Positions 1 through 11,290 of a stretch of 64,000 nucleotides of DNA are shown here, piece after piece (position 1 is the first letter of the stretch; the number at the start of each line of letters is the position of its first letter). The notes beneath the pieces were generated by a model. That model was not told the origin of the DNA. It worked only from the letters and a program-made list of their open reading frames with translations, and made no database searches. Source of the stretch: Azolla caroliniana (taxonomy: Eukaryota; Plantae; Polypodiophyta); assembly GCA_043228905.1 (NCBI GenBank), contig JBHGNT010000002.1, positions 2,666,001-2,730,000 of the forward strand, read 5' to 3'. The position numbers and the translations under genes are program-made.

Positions 1-1413
1 GAGACGTCTGATTCGACCACCCCAAAGTACAAGGCCAGATTAGTTGCGAAGGGCTTTCGACAAGAATATGGCGTCGACTTCGACGAGATTTTTTCACCAG
101 TGGTGAAAATGACAACCCTTCGTTTTCTACTCGGCGTAGTGGCAGCCGACAACTTGGAGCTGATTCAGCTAGATGTCAAAACAGCCTTCCTCCATGGTGA
201 TCTCGAGGAGGAAATTTATATGGAGCAGCCAAAAGGCTTCGTGGCAACTGGCCAAGAACATCTAGTCTGCCGACTCAGGAAGAGTCTATACGGCCTCAAA
301 CAGGCACCGCGACAATGGTACAAGAAGTTCGACGACTTCATCCAATCGATCGGCTTCTCAAAAAGCGATGAGGACCATTGTCTCTTCACCAACACAGCTC
401 AAGATGGATCACCCATCTTCCTCATCATCTACGTGGACGACATGCTAATTTCTGGACGCCACGCGGGCGAACTTGCCGATCTCATTCGGCAACTGCGGTT
501 GAAGTTTGCAATGAAGGACCTCGGTCCGGCACGACACATACTCGGCATGAAGATTAGTCGGCATCGCGATAAACGACATCTTTTTTTGTCTCAGACCGAC
601 TATATCCGACGTGTCTTGGAACGCTTCAACATGCAATCAGCCAAATCTGCTTCAACCCCGCTCCCAATGAATCTTCGGCTCTCTCAGCGAGACTGCCCGA
701 CATCCGGCCCGGAGGGGGAAGATATGAAGTTGGTACCGTATGCACCGGCAGTCGGCTCCCTTATGTACCTGATGGTCGCGACACGGCCTGATATTTCTCA
801 TGCCGTAGGAGTCGTTAGCAGATTTATGCACAATCCTGGCCGATCGCATTGGAACGCAGTCAAGCATGTGTTCAGATATCTGGCTGGCACAAAAGACCAT
901 GGCATTCTTTTCGGTCCGAACCGAACCTCAGGCGTAGTCGGTTACACCGACTCGGATTTTGCCGGCTGTATAGACAGTCGGAAATCAACAACCGGATACT
1001 GCTTCAAATTCGGCAATGGAGCAATCTCGTGGAAGTCGAAACTTCAGGAGTGCACAGCGACCTCAATGACCGAAGCAGAATATGTAGCTGCGTCCGACGC
1101 AGCAAAAGAAGCTTTGTGGCTCGGTCGGCTGGCGCACACGTTTCGACAAGTCGACCATGACTCGGCTCCAGTTGTCTACAGCGACAGTCAAGGTGTTGTT
1201 GCCTTGTCGAAAAATCCGGTTCACCACAACGCCTCCAAACATATCGACGTTCGATATCACTTCGTTCGGGACTGCGTCATTTCAGGGAAAATCGGTCTAG
1301 AGAAAATATCCACAACCGACAATGTCGCAGATGGAATGACCAAGTGTCTTTCGGCAGACCGTTTTCGGTCTCTTCGGCATCAGATGGGCGTAACGACAAA
1401 CCAGTCCGGTTAG
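1..1413 (+). CDS. Ty1/Copia pol, RT and RNase H domains (5'-partial, open from base 1)
   Basis: Frame 1 reads KYKARLVAKG, QLDVKTAFLHG, LYGLKQAPRQW, YVDDML, GYTDSDFAG, TEAEYVA, KHIDVRYHF and ADGMTK with no stops. Confidence 0.97.
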   Translation, partial: ETSDSTTPKYKARLVAKGFRQEYGVDFDEIFSPVVKMTTLRFLLGVVAADNLELIQLDVKTAFLHGDLEEEIYMEQPKGFVATGQEHLVCRLRKSLYGLKQAPRQWYKKFDDFIQSIGFSKSDEDHCLFTNTAQDGSPIFLIIYVDDMLISGRHAGELADLIRQLRLKFAMKDLGPARHILGMKISRHRDKRHLFLSQTDYIRRVLERFNMQSAKSASTPLPMNLRLSQRDCPTSGPEGEDMKLVPYAPAVGSLMYLMVATRPDISHAVGVVSRFMHNPGRSHWNAVKHVFRYLAGTKDHGILFGPNRTSGVVGYTDSDFAGCIDSRKSTTGYCFKFGNGAISWKSKLQECTATSMTEAEYVAASDAAKEALWLGRLAHTFRQVDHDSAPVVYSDSQGVVALSKNPVHHNASKHIDVRYHFVRDCVISGKIGLEKISTTDNVADGMTKCLSADRFRSLRHQMGVTTNQSG

Positions 1414-1913
1414 AGCCGGACACAGAGCAGGATGGTTCCCGACAACCGACATCAGTTCCTTAATGATCGGCTTCAACTGTTCCGACCCGACCAGTTCGGT
1501 CTTCTGCCTTCGGACCCTGCCGACTCGAACAAAAACTGATATGTCCGAGAACCTAGGTTTATACCTGTAATCTTAGATAGCCCATGTATACGCCCATTAC
1601 GGGGGAGTGTCGAATACAAGTGTATAATGGACGTATTCACACTATCCCTTTGTATAGCCCAAGTTTGGGGCATTTGTGTAATTAGCATAAAGGGTAGTTG
1701 CCCTAAGTCGGTCACTATATATAGTGACCTTGTAACCTTTTTGTAAGGTTGGGTGTTGTATTCTTTTTCTATTGAATAAAGAGTCTTTTGTGTCTCTCTC
1801 TCTCTCTCTCCCTCTCTCCATCTCTGTGCAACGACCTAGAATCTGTTATACGCAGGTACAGAAGAGAAAAGAACGCTTCTTGATCTTCCGCATAGACGAC
1901 CTCGTCCCCAACA
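1..1913 (+). mobile_element. Copia element A, 3' half with PPT (1601-1607) and 3' LTR (1608-1913)
   Basis: GGGGGAG is followed directly by TGTCG. The LTR has a TATA-like tatatata, AATAAA and a (CT)n run and ends CCCAACA, after which the RT of element B resumes. Confidence 0.88.
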
Positions 1914-3054
1914 GTTGGATCATGTACACCTCCTCTTCTAATTCTCCTTGTAGAAAGGCGTTCTTGACGTCCATTTGATGGAGGTGCCGCCCTTTCGCCG
2001 CGGCAATCGCAATTACGGTCCGCACCATCGTCATCTTTGCCGCCATGGCAAAGGTCTCTTCGTAGTCGACGCCATGTGTCTGAGCGTATCCTTTCGCTAC
2101 GAGTAGAGCTTTGTAGCGGTTTACGGAGCCATCGGCATTATACTTCACCTTGTAGATCCATCTGCATCCGATCGCCTTTTTGTGTGGTGAGGTGGAAACG
2201 AGATCCCACGTCTCGTTCTTCCGTAGTGCCTGCATCTCCTCGTTCATTGCTTCGATCCATCGCGGGTCCTTCGCAGCTTCCAAAAAGGTTTCCGGCTCCC
2301 GTACTATCGCTACCTTCATCATAAAGGCGTAATGGTACGCCATATAATCGTTGTAGTCGAATCGGCTTACGGGGTTCTTTTCACGGGTGGATCAGCAGAG
2401 TTTTTCATTTGCAGAGATGAGGGCTTTCTTAGCTCCGATTGGTACCTCGAAACCGCCGAACTCACTATTGAGTGAGTGAGTCGATTCATCGTCGTCGAAG
2501 CGATCGTCTTCATATTCCGCCATTTTCGCCTTGCCTTTGTCCATCTTCGGGCTAGGCCGTGATGTGCTTTGATCACTCAAAGGCTCTTTTGGTCCGCTCA
2601 GTCAGGTCGTGATCAGACTTTCTTCGAACATGCGCGTAAGGTGATCTTCATCCTTTATCTCTTGTTCGGTGGATTCCGGGTCGAACGGGGTCGGAGTCGA
2701 AGTTGTCTCTGGCGCGTACCAGGATGCGGACTCGTCAAAGACGACGTCTCGACTTACCCGAGATTTTCGAGTTGAGGGGTTGTAGCACTTGTACCCCTTT
2801 TGCTCCAGTGAGTATCCTACGAGGATACATTTCTCCGACTTTGGGTCGAGCTTTTGACGCTTCTCATCGAGGATGTGCACGTACGCAATGGAGCCGAATA
2901 TCCGAACATGTGATAGGTTCGGCTTCTTTCCGAAGAATCTTTCGTGCAGAGTGACCTCGTGCACGCCGGATGTTGTGCACCGGTTCATTAGGTAGACGGC
3001 CCTATTTGTCACTTCAGCCCAATATGACTTGGGCATATGCTTCTCGCTCATCAT
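1914..3054 (-). pseudogene. Copia integrase C-terminus, spacer and RT N-terminus, with frameshifts
   Basis: KLDPKSEKCILVGYS..KGYKCY, SRDVVFDE; EPETFLEA, AMNEEM, CRWIYKVK, QMDVKNAFLQG, split over several frames. Confidence 0.9.
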
Positions 3055-3248
3055 GGCCCACGCACGCTACTTCGAGGATGTGCCGATTTTTGCGCTCGGC
3101 TACTTCGTTTTGTTGCGGAGTGTGTCGGCAAGTGAATTCTCGCCGAATTCCTTCCTTTCGGAGATACGTCGTGAAATCGTCCGAGAAGTACTCCTTGCCA
3201 CCATCCGATCGAAGGCATCGTACATGTCGGCCCGTGGCTTTCTCGACT

Positions 3249-5015
3249 TCATTCTTGAAAATTTTGGAAGTGTCCGAACACTTCGCTCTTTTGCCGCATC
3301 GGGTAGATCCAAGTGTGCCTAGAGAAGTCGTCGATGAAGAGCACGTAATATCGGCATCCGCCGAATGTAGTCGTCTGCGCCGGTCCCCATACGTCGGAAT
3401 GGACTACGTCGAGTAGACCTTTGCTCACGTTCCGCTCTTTTGGGAATGGGTGTCGGTGTTGCTTGCCGAATTGGCACCCTTCGCATACACCTTCAATCTC
3501 TTTCTCTTTGAATGTCGGGAGTCCGATGATGACTCCTTTCAATTTCATTGCTTTGAGTTTGTTGAGATTTATGTGGCCGATTCGCTTGTGCCATAGCTCT
3601 ATGTCAGAGTTGGCTTTCGTGTTTTTCGCGAACATGGCGGATTTCATCTTGCGTGAATCGAGAATGAACATCCGGCCCTCTCTTTGTCCGCATGCGATAA
3701 GTCGGCCCTCTTTTTCGATGAAGCAACCGCCTTGATTAAATCGAACTTGCATCCCTTGCTCTACAATTTGGCCGACGGAGACCAAATTCTTCGTAATGGT
3801 CGGTACATGCAAGACATTTTTAATGTAATTTTGCTTACCTTCTTTTCCGAACGGAACATTGCCAATGTGCCGAATCAGGTGCGTAGTGTCGTCTCCGGTT
3901 TCGACATAGCCGGGTCGGTCCGGCTCTCGAAGTTCTCGGAACCATTCTTCATGTGATGTCATATGGTTCGAGGCACCGGAATCGACGAACCATACGTCTT
4001 CCGGACCGGAGGCACTAGTTGAGGTAGCGGCGGACATAGAGTTTGCTCTATGTTTCATCATGAACATTCCGCCACGGTCAGAGTTGTGCGCATACATTCC
4101 GCCATGATCTTCGTAGTCGGAGTTGTGTGCGTAATTCGTGAGTTGTCGACTTGTGGAAGCCGATTCACGCATCTTCTTTTGGCACTCTTCTTCGTGGTGG
4201 CCGAGCTTTCCGCAATAAACGCATTCGGTTGCGTTTTGACGGCTCGGGCCGGAGTGGAAGCTCCCCCTTCTTGCGAAGGTTCCTCGTTGGCCTCCGTTTT
4301 GCGGCCGAAATTGGGAGTTGTTGTCGTAGGTCGGACCTCGTCCGCCTTGTCCTTGGCCGAATCGGCCTCTCGCTCGTCCGCGTCCTCTTCCTCCATTAGA
4401 GTGCGTGTAGAGCATGTGGCCTTCCGACTCATTGCTCCTTGTACGCACGTGGTTTTCTTCGACCAATAGCATTGATTGGAGCTCAAAGAAGGAGGGAGAT
4501 TTCTCCCGTGCTAGAATGGCGGTTCGCATCGCGCCGAACCGAGGTGCGAGGCCGCCGAGGCATATTTGCACCATCTCATCATCATCTATACTTACGCTTA
4601 TTGAGCCGAGCGAGTCGCAAAGCTCCTTGATCTTCAAGGTGTATGTCGTGATGGACATGTCCCTTTGTTGAATGTTGTTCAACTCTTGGCCGAGTTGAAG
4701 CTTCCTCGCGGTCGTGTTGGCAGCAAAAATCTTTCGTAGATTTTCCCACGCTTCCTTCGGCGTCGTGGCTTCTCGAATGTAACCGAGCATGTGGTCGTGA
4801 ACACATGTCGCCAAACAATACATCACACGGCTTACGGCTTGCTCCCATGTCGCGTATCCGGGAACCGCTTCGGCGGGTCGGTCTTCATGCGCTCCTTTGA
4901 TGTAGCTCCAATAGCCTTGTCCGACAAGGTATTGGTGCATCTTGTACTCCCAAGATGCAAAGTTGTTTCGATCCAACTTCTCGGTAGGGAGAGTGCTCCC
5001 CATTTGAGTATTCAT
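3249..5015 (-). CDS. Copia gag-protease-integrase N-terminal part (frameshifted near 3250)
   Basis: Zinc knuckle CVYCGKLGHHEEEC, protease WFVDSGASNHMT, GAG-pre-integrase LWHKRIGH...CEGC, integrase HSDVWGP and FIDDFSR. Confidence 0.93.
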   Translation of the reverse strand: MNTQMGSTLPTEKLDRNNFASWEYKMHQYLVGQGYWSYIKGAHEDRPAEAVPGYATWEQAVSRVMYCLATCVHDHMLGYIREATTPKEAWENLRKIFAANTTARKLQLGQELNNIQQRDMSITTYTLKIKELCDSLGSISVSIDDDEMVQICLGGLAPRFGAMRTAILAREKSPSFFELQSMLLVEENHVRTRSNESEGHMLYTHSNGGRGRGRARGRFGQGQGGRGPTYDNNSQFRPQNGGQRGTFARRGSFHSGPSRQNATECVYCGKLGHHEEECQKKMRESASTSRQLTNYAHNSDYEDHGGMYAHNSDRGGMFMMKHRANSMSAATSTSASGPEDVWFVDSGASNHMTSHEEWFRELREPDRPGYVETGDDTTHLIRHIGNVPFGKEGKQNYIKNVLHVPTITKNLVSVGQIVEQGMQVRFNQGGCFIEKEGRLIACGQREGRMFILDSRKMKSAMFAKNTKANSDIELWHKRIGHINLNKLKAMKLKGVIIGLPTFKEKEIEGVCEGCQFGKQHRHPFPKERNVSKGLLDVVHSDVWGPAQTTTFGGCRYYVLFIDDFSRHTWIYPMRQKSEVFGHFQNFQE

Positions 5016-5162
5016 TAAGTCGATTCTTCTTCTTCTTCTTCTCTCTTCAAATGCGAGCTATGTAGCGAAGCTACGATAGCTATGAGCCGGTTCTTGGTTG
5101 TCGGCATAGAACACAACACACGATCACGATGAGGCGAATGGGCTAGATTGAGCTACCAAATC

Positions 5163-5174
5163 GCTCTGATACCA
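5163..5174 (-). other. Primer-binding site (tRNA-iMet) of element B
   Basis: Plus-strand gctctgatacca equals TGGTATCAGAGC on minus, directly after the LTR CA end. Confidence 0.93.
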
Positions 5175-5555
5175 TGTAAAGAATCAAGAGATGGATTCTT
5201 GTGAAGCGGAAGAGATGTGAGTTATGTGTGTGTGTAAGAGAGAGAGAGAGAGAGAGTGAAACACAGAGAATACGCAAGGTAAAAGTATATTGACAAAGGA
5301 GAAAGACTCAACATCCTACAAGGTGGGAGGAGGGTGCTTTATGTAGTCACCCTCTCTCTTCATTAACTACAAGACTCATGGAGCATGGGGAATGTGAAAG
5401 CTCATAAGTTATGTGTCATAGAATATGATTCTATGACTCATACTAAATACTAGAATACAAAGTGGTGACATAATGGTGACTCTTGACTGTTGGAGTGTCT
5501 CTTCACTCTCAAGGTGAGTTCACACACTAGACCAAGTTGAGCTTGATTCTCAACA
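5175..5555 (-). repeat. 5' LTR of element B
   Basis: Minus strand runs TGTTGAG...TTTACA; it abuts the PBS on one side and an interrupted RT (KWV|) on the other. Confidence 0.88.
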
Positions 5556-5905
5556 ACCCATTTGCATGGAAGCGCACATCGATTTTTCGGTAATTCACCC
5601 AAGTACCAAGTTTTGTTTGCCCGAATGGAGTTCATTTCCAACTCCATCATCAAATGCCATGTGGCCGAATCAACTGATGTTGATGATTCTTCTTATGACG
5701 TCGTTTCACTAGCACCCGTGAAGAAGATTCTAGGAGAGTACCTCTCCGGGGATTCGACAGTCTCTCAGATCTTCGAGGTCGCATCGGGTGTCTAGGTCAG
5801 ATGATTTAAAGCCGTGTCATTCAATTGTGCTGAATCGGACGTTGTTGAGTCAATGCTAGAGGATTTGGCTACCCGTTGTCGGGGTAGTTGTGGTTCGTGC
5901 GGCGA
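5556..5905 (-). pseudogene. Copia element C remnant (spacer and RT start), interrupted by element B
   Basis: EMNSIRANKTWYLGELPKNRCALPCKWV stops exactly at the LTR of B. The right boundary is approximate. Confidence 0.82.
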
Positions 5906-5964
5906 AGTCACAGGAACTAAGGTTAAGGGGAGTTGAAGGAACTTTTATAAGGCTTGCACGCAAA

Positions 5965-6512
5965 TGTTAGGAGGATTAAGGATAAGAAGAATAATAGTTT
6001 AAAGTAATATGTGTGAGAGAGAGACTAGTATAGATAAAAGATAGAGACAATGTATGATTCAAGAAGCAAGATAGAGACAAAGTATAATTTAAGACAAAAA
6101 AGTATATGATATGAACATGATGTATATTACGAATACAAGATTTTACCAACTTTACAATGCTTGATAGCAAGATGAACTCTTTCTCTACCAACTCTTGATT
6201 CGAACCCTTGGCCCCAACTTGGAAACACAAGCCTCTTCACCAACAAGCTAATTTATTTGTTTGATTATATTATTCTCTAACTTTCTCTTCTTGATTGATT
6301 CCCTCCCTTCCTTGATTCCCTCCCTCTCTTTATAGGTTCTCTCATGCATGTGATGATATGAGGGTGCATGTGATGCATGATTGCCATTTGGCCCACATGT
6401 GTTACATGTGATGCATGATAGCCATCATGCTTATCTAAGATCTAATGTATGAAGATAGACATGTCATAAGTACTTGATGAAAATATAATTATATACAATA
6501 ACTTATCCTAAT
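5965..6512 (-). mobile_element. Probable solo LTR containing a tRNA-like segment (6197-6250)
   Basis: TGTTAGGA...TCCTAA ends, minus-strand CTATAAAG near 6330, GA-rich region. No clear TSD and the terminal CA is missing. Confidence 0.42.
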
Positions 6513-7007
6513 GATATATAGTTTAGACTTGGTGTGTGAGGTTATGGGTTCAAGTCTCTAAAATTTTACGCAATACAATATTTAAGTTTATTTGTATTAT
6601 GAAGTATATTATTTATAATATTTTAAAAAAATAACCTAAGCTAGTGGTATGTACTTTGTATTTGGTATGTAAGGTTGTGCATTCAAGTCTCTCAAATATT
6701 ACCAAATACAATATTCAAGTTTATTTCTATATCGTGAAGCACATCCTTCACGACACCGTGAAGCTGACCTCGTGTTGTGCGTTGGGCCTTTATGAAGGGT
6801 TAGCACGTTTGAGAAGACTACCCTTCGAACTTCAATTGGCCTTTTGGCCATCTTGTGCGTAGCCGACTCATTGAACACTACGTCCAAACTTCGGACGATC
6901 TATTTGTGCTCGGGGTCCCATAGTCAAAATCTGATCTCATCGTCTAGTCCATAGCCAAGGAAAATACATTTCCTGAACCTTGGTTCAAGCCTACATGGAA
7001 ATTCAAA

Positions 7008-8708
7008 ATGACAAATTTCCTGATGGGAAAGGGATATTGGGATTACATTGAAGGAGACATAGGAGAGGCTCTAGAGATCCCTGAAGAAAATGCAACGGCT
7101 ACACAAATCAAGGCATTTAAGGATTGGAATCAAGGGGCAAGAAGGGTATTGCATTGGCTATCACTTAGCATCTCAGATTCAATGCTTGGACACATACAAG
7201 ATGCTTTGCTTCCTAAAGAAGCTTGGGACAGTTTAGTGAAACTGTTTGAAGTAAATACAAAGGCAAGAAAACTTGAATTGAAGACTGAACTAAATACCTT
7301 GGAAAAAGTTAAGATGTCAATCAATGAGTATGCTCTAAAAATAAAGAGCATATGTGAATCACTTGCTTCTATTAATGTGAAGGTAGAAGATGATGATAAG
7401 GTAGAAGTATGCTTCAGGGGTTTAGGACCTCAATACAAAAGCTTCAAAACATCCATTCTCACAAGGGAGAGTATATCAAGTTTTGCAGACCTGGTTTCAA
7501 TGCTTGTAGCGGAAGAAAGAAATCAGATTGAAGATACAAACAAAGGAAACTCTGAGACTAAGGGGCAAGCTCCCTACAATAGTGTTGGAAGAGGCCGAGG
7601 AAGAGGCCATTGAAGATTTGGTTCAACTAGAACCAATACTAATTATCAAGGAAGAGGAAAACAAGCTATAAGTGGAAGAAACAACATCAGAGGCAGGGGG
7701 AGCAATCAAGGCAGAGGTAAGCAAACTTTTTTGAGTGATGATGGTTGTTGGTATTGTAGGAAACTAGGCCATACACAGGCTGAATGCTATAAAAAGTAAA
7801 ATGATGAAAAAAGAGGGAATAGACAACAGAATAACTATGCTTCAACTAGTGAAAACGGTGACAAAGAAGATGCTTTTGTGATGCAACATGAAATAGCAAC
7901 AATGGCTGAATGTTCACAGAAATGTAATGAAGATTATATGGTACGTAGATTCAAGGGCATCTAATCATATGACCGGACATGCAAACTGGTCCGAGAGAAC
8001 CAGAGATTCCTGGTTATGTACAGACAGATGATAATACTACTCATACAATCGAGCATGTTGGAGATATTCCATTGTGGGAAGAAAAGGGAAAAACAAAGTA
8101 TATGTTGAATGTTATGCATGTTCCAAAACTTGCAAAAAATCTAATTTCTATTGGACATATAGTAGAGCAAGGAATGCAAGTAAAGTTTAAGCAAAGTGAG
8201 TGCTTTATAGAGAAACATGGAAATCTTATTGCAAAAGGAAAACGTCAAGGAAGAATCTTTGTTTTAGATGTGGATATGCCTAAAAAGATTACAGTCATGT
8301 TTGTAGGAGGAATGAATGTAATCTCAGATGTAGAAATGTGGCATAAACAAATCAGACATATAAGTATGCAAACTTTGCAAAATATGTTGAGGAAAAATGC
8401 AGTGGTTGGATTGCCTAAGTTGAAAAACTATGAGATGAGAAAAATATGTGTGAAGCATGTCAATATGGAAAGCAAAACAAGTTTCCTTTTCCTCATGAAG
8501 GACATATAAGCAAAACAAGTTTCCTTTTCCTCATGAAGGACATATAAGCAAAAACTTGTTGGATTTGGTACATACAGATATATGGGGACCAACAAAAAAT
8601 GTCTCAATTGGTGGCTGCAAGTTTTATGTAACATTCATTGATGATTGCTCAAGGAAAACATGGGTTTACTTCATGAAAGAGAAGAGTGAAGTATTTGATT
8701 GCTTTCGT
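7008..8708 (+). pseudogene. Copia element D gag-PR-IN remnant, truncated in integrase
   Basis: Gag ORF 7008-7613, decayed zinc knuckle, WYVDS.ASNHMT, MWHKQIRH, HTDIWGP..FIDDCSRKTWVYF; internal stops and a 38-bp duplication. Confidence 0.9.
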
Positions 8709-9153
8709 TTATTTATCTTCATATGCATGGTTCTAAGGATATTATGATTTTATCACCTTTGATGTACATAATTTTAGGAAGGGTATTTGTTTGAATGAGT
8801 TTGTTTTTAGTACTAGTACGAGTAATAAGTAGGCCTTATTGTAATGAAATCTTATTATGGTTTATATTCATCGGAGGACTTACATCACATACATTAGGTC
8901 TATGTAAGAAGGTTGTTTAATTGGCATTTCTCTTTAATAGTAATATTAAGAATATGAATCGTAATATTTGTTGTTTTGGTTAATCAGAATAAATTGTGTT
9001 TATTTAGGCAAAACGCTCTCAAGCAAAATTAAAACAAAACAAACATAATCATACACCGTGATGTACTTTTTTGGCTCATAACGAAGCACTATACGAAAAT
9101 ATTGTTGTTATCATTATTCAACAAAGTCAATGATTGACATGATCGTTGAACCC
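8709..9153. repeat. Composite copy of three non-coding segments of the SGS3 locus
   Basis: 8709-8985 is the reverse complement of 18677-18948; 8985-9040 matches 23691-23745; 9044-9153 matches 25728-25840 (aligned by eye). Confidence 0.9.
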
Positions 9154-9863
9154 AATGGTTTGGAAATTATTTGCTTATATAATCCTTTTTACCTCCAGTA
9201 AATGATCTATTTTGTACCCAAAGGCCTTCCACTTGGGCCACGTCAAAAAAGTGAGGATGGTTTCTTTTGTTTACAAAAAATAAATCTACTCACCATTTTA
9301 CAATTATGGTAGCTTATGATAATCAAGGTAAAATGGTCCAAGATCTTCCTTGATGGAAATAAGAAATGTTTAAATACAACACCCAATCGTTGACCTATAA
9401 TTTATCTTACCAACTATGAATAGATTTGTGCAATATCATGCCTAGAGAAATTTCATACCACTTCATGTGTTACAGAAATACTATGACATGCTTGGACACA
9501 GAACCATTTCATCTCTTGCTTTTCATGTTATTTCTTAGGAAATAGTCTACTACTTCCCAATGAAAAAGATAAGCTCCCAAGGTGGAGCTAAAATCCAAAT
9601 TAACACCAAAAAATAATAAACACTACGAAGACAGAAAGGCTCATTTTTGCTAAATCAACATTTGAGTATTCTCAGATAATCATACATGACAGTATTTGTC
9701 GTTTAAACTTATACTTCCCTCAACTCAATGTTGATGGTTTTTGAAACTTGAGGCAAACAAAGACACCATAGCAAATGCATCCAATCACTATAGTGAGGAT
9801 GCTGCAACATGATCCATATCGACTAGGGCTCGCCAGGTCTTGGTAGCACCTCAGCCAAAACCG

Positions 9864-10299
9864 TAACAATCGGCAACGGTTTGGTTTGAATGGTTCAGTT
9901 TAGGTTTCAACGGTTCGGTTTAGGTTTATGTTTAGGTTTTTTAAAACGGTTCAGTTCGGTTCAACAATCAGAAACCGTTGTTTAAACGGTTTAATGAATC
10001 TTTTTTGTTTTTTTTTTATTTTAAACAATTTTAAATATTTGTTTTTAAACAATATTTTCATTTTTAGACCTTATTCTCACATTTTAGGAACATCTTTAAA
10101 TTTAAAAAAATATAAAATAATGAAATATTATAAATTTAAAATTTAAAATTTGACCTAAGTGGAAAACCGAAACTGAACCAAGAAACCGCGGTTTTAATGG
10201 TTTAACGGTTTTCATGGTTTGGTTCGGTTCAAGTTTCAAAAAATTTTAACGGTTCGGTTTTGACCCTCTCAAACCGAACCGAACCGTTGCCGATTGTTA
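9864..10299. mobile_element. hAT-like MITE
   Basis: TIR TAACAATCGGCAACGGTT / AACCGTTGCCGATTGTTA, subterminal AACCG/CGGTT repeats, AT-rich core. TSD is not clean. Confidence 0.85.
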
Positions 10300-10861
10300 G
10301 CCAAAGGAATCCTCAGAATGTTGATTGTGTTAAAGGATCCATGGTGATTGCAACCTTCTTACCTAAAAGGGTTTGCAATTGGTTCCTTAAAAAAACTTGT
10401 TTCCTTACATATCAAGGTAAGTGTCCAAGCATTTGAAAGTTTACGCCCAACAAAAAGGGCAATTTATCAATGATGCAGCTAGTATACAAGAATTTAAATC
10501 AAAGAGTCAATATTTTTGGCAAATGCAATAGATGTTGGGCAAAAAACTAGTAACATGCACACAAGTTTAAGTAAAAGAGAGGAAGACTTTTAATGTAGAA
10601 AAATTTTATGGACCACATGTAGACAAGGTATGGATCACAGTTCTTGCAAGGTCATGCCACAACCCTGGGTGGATCACTAAAGGTGTATTACATTATCTAT
10701 TATTATCTGGTAGTTGGACAATGCGATAACATTGTGACCATACTCATAAGAGACTCATAAGAGAAATACCCACATGGAAATTAGAGATCCCCAACCACAT
10801 CGTAGTTGTGGCAAGCTTTGTAAAAGGCATAAAGCCACAATTCCTAGGTTGTTCAATAAAG

Positions 10862-11170
10862 GAACATTTCATATTTGCTAGAAATGTTGAATGATCACAT
10901 TGTAATTTTTAGGACTATCTCACATACATTAAGGTTTAAACAAGGTACATTTCACATGTGTTAGAAATGTTCAATGATGGAGTCGTAATTTTTACAACTG
11001 ACTCACATTTATTGAGGTTTAAAAAAGCTACATTTCATATTTGTTAGAAATGTTCGATGACCACGTCATAATTTTCAAGACTGCCTCACATATTGAGATT
11101 TAAAAAATGTACATTCACATTTGCTAGAAATGTTCAATGATCACATCGTAATTTTTATGTGGCCTTACAT
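10862..11170. repeat. Tandem repeat, about 4 copies of ~83 bp
   Basis: ACATTTCAyATTTGyTAGAAATGTT recurs near 10864, 10948, 11030 and 11111. Confidence 0.85.
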
Positions 11171-11290
11171 TAATGAGATATTAAGAGACATGTCCTCTCA
11201 TATAAGTACGCTTGTATGCCTAAATCTAATTGTAACATTAATCCTAAAGTAACAATTGAACTTTGTTTCTTTGTTTCAAGTCAATCATCC

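Larger units (their letters stand above)
1914..5555 (-). mobile_element. Copia element B (5' LTR, PBS, gag-PR-IN, start of RT), interrupted in RT by element A
   Basis: LTR 5175-5555, PBS TGGTATCAGAGC, Copia domain order; RT breaks after GELEEEVYMIQ at 1914. Confidence 0.93.

Noticed and set aside
6197-6250. Functional tRNA genes here and at 25248, 41230 and 54905
   Set aside because: No pairing acceptor stem or complete cloverleaf; kept only as tRNA-like relics.
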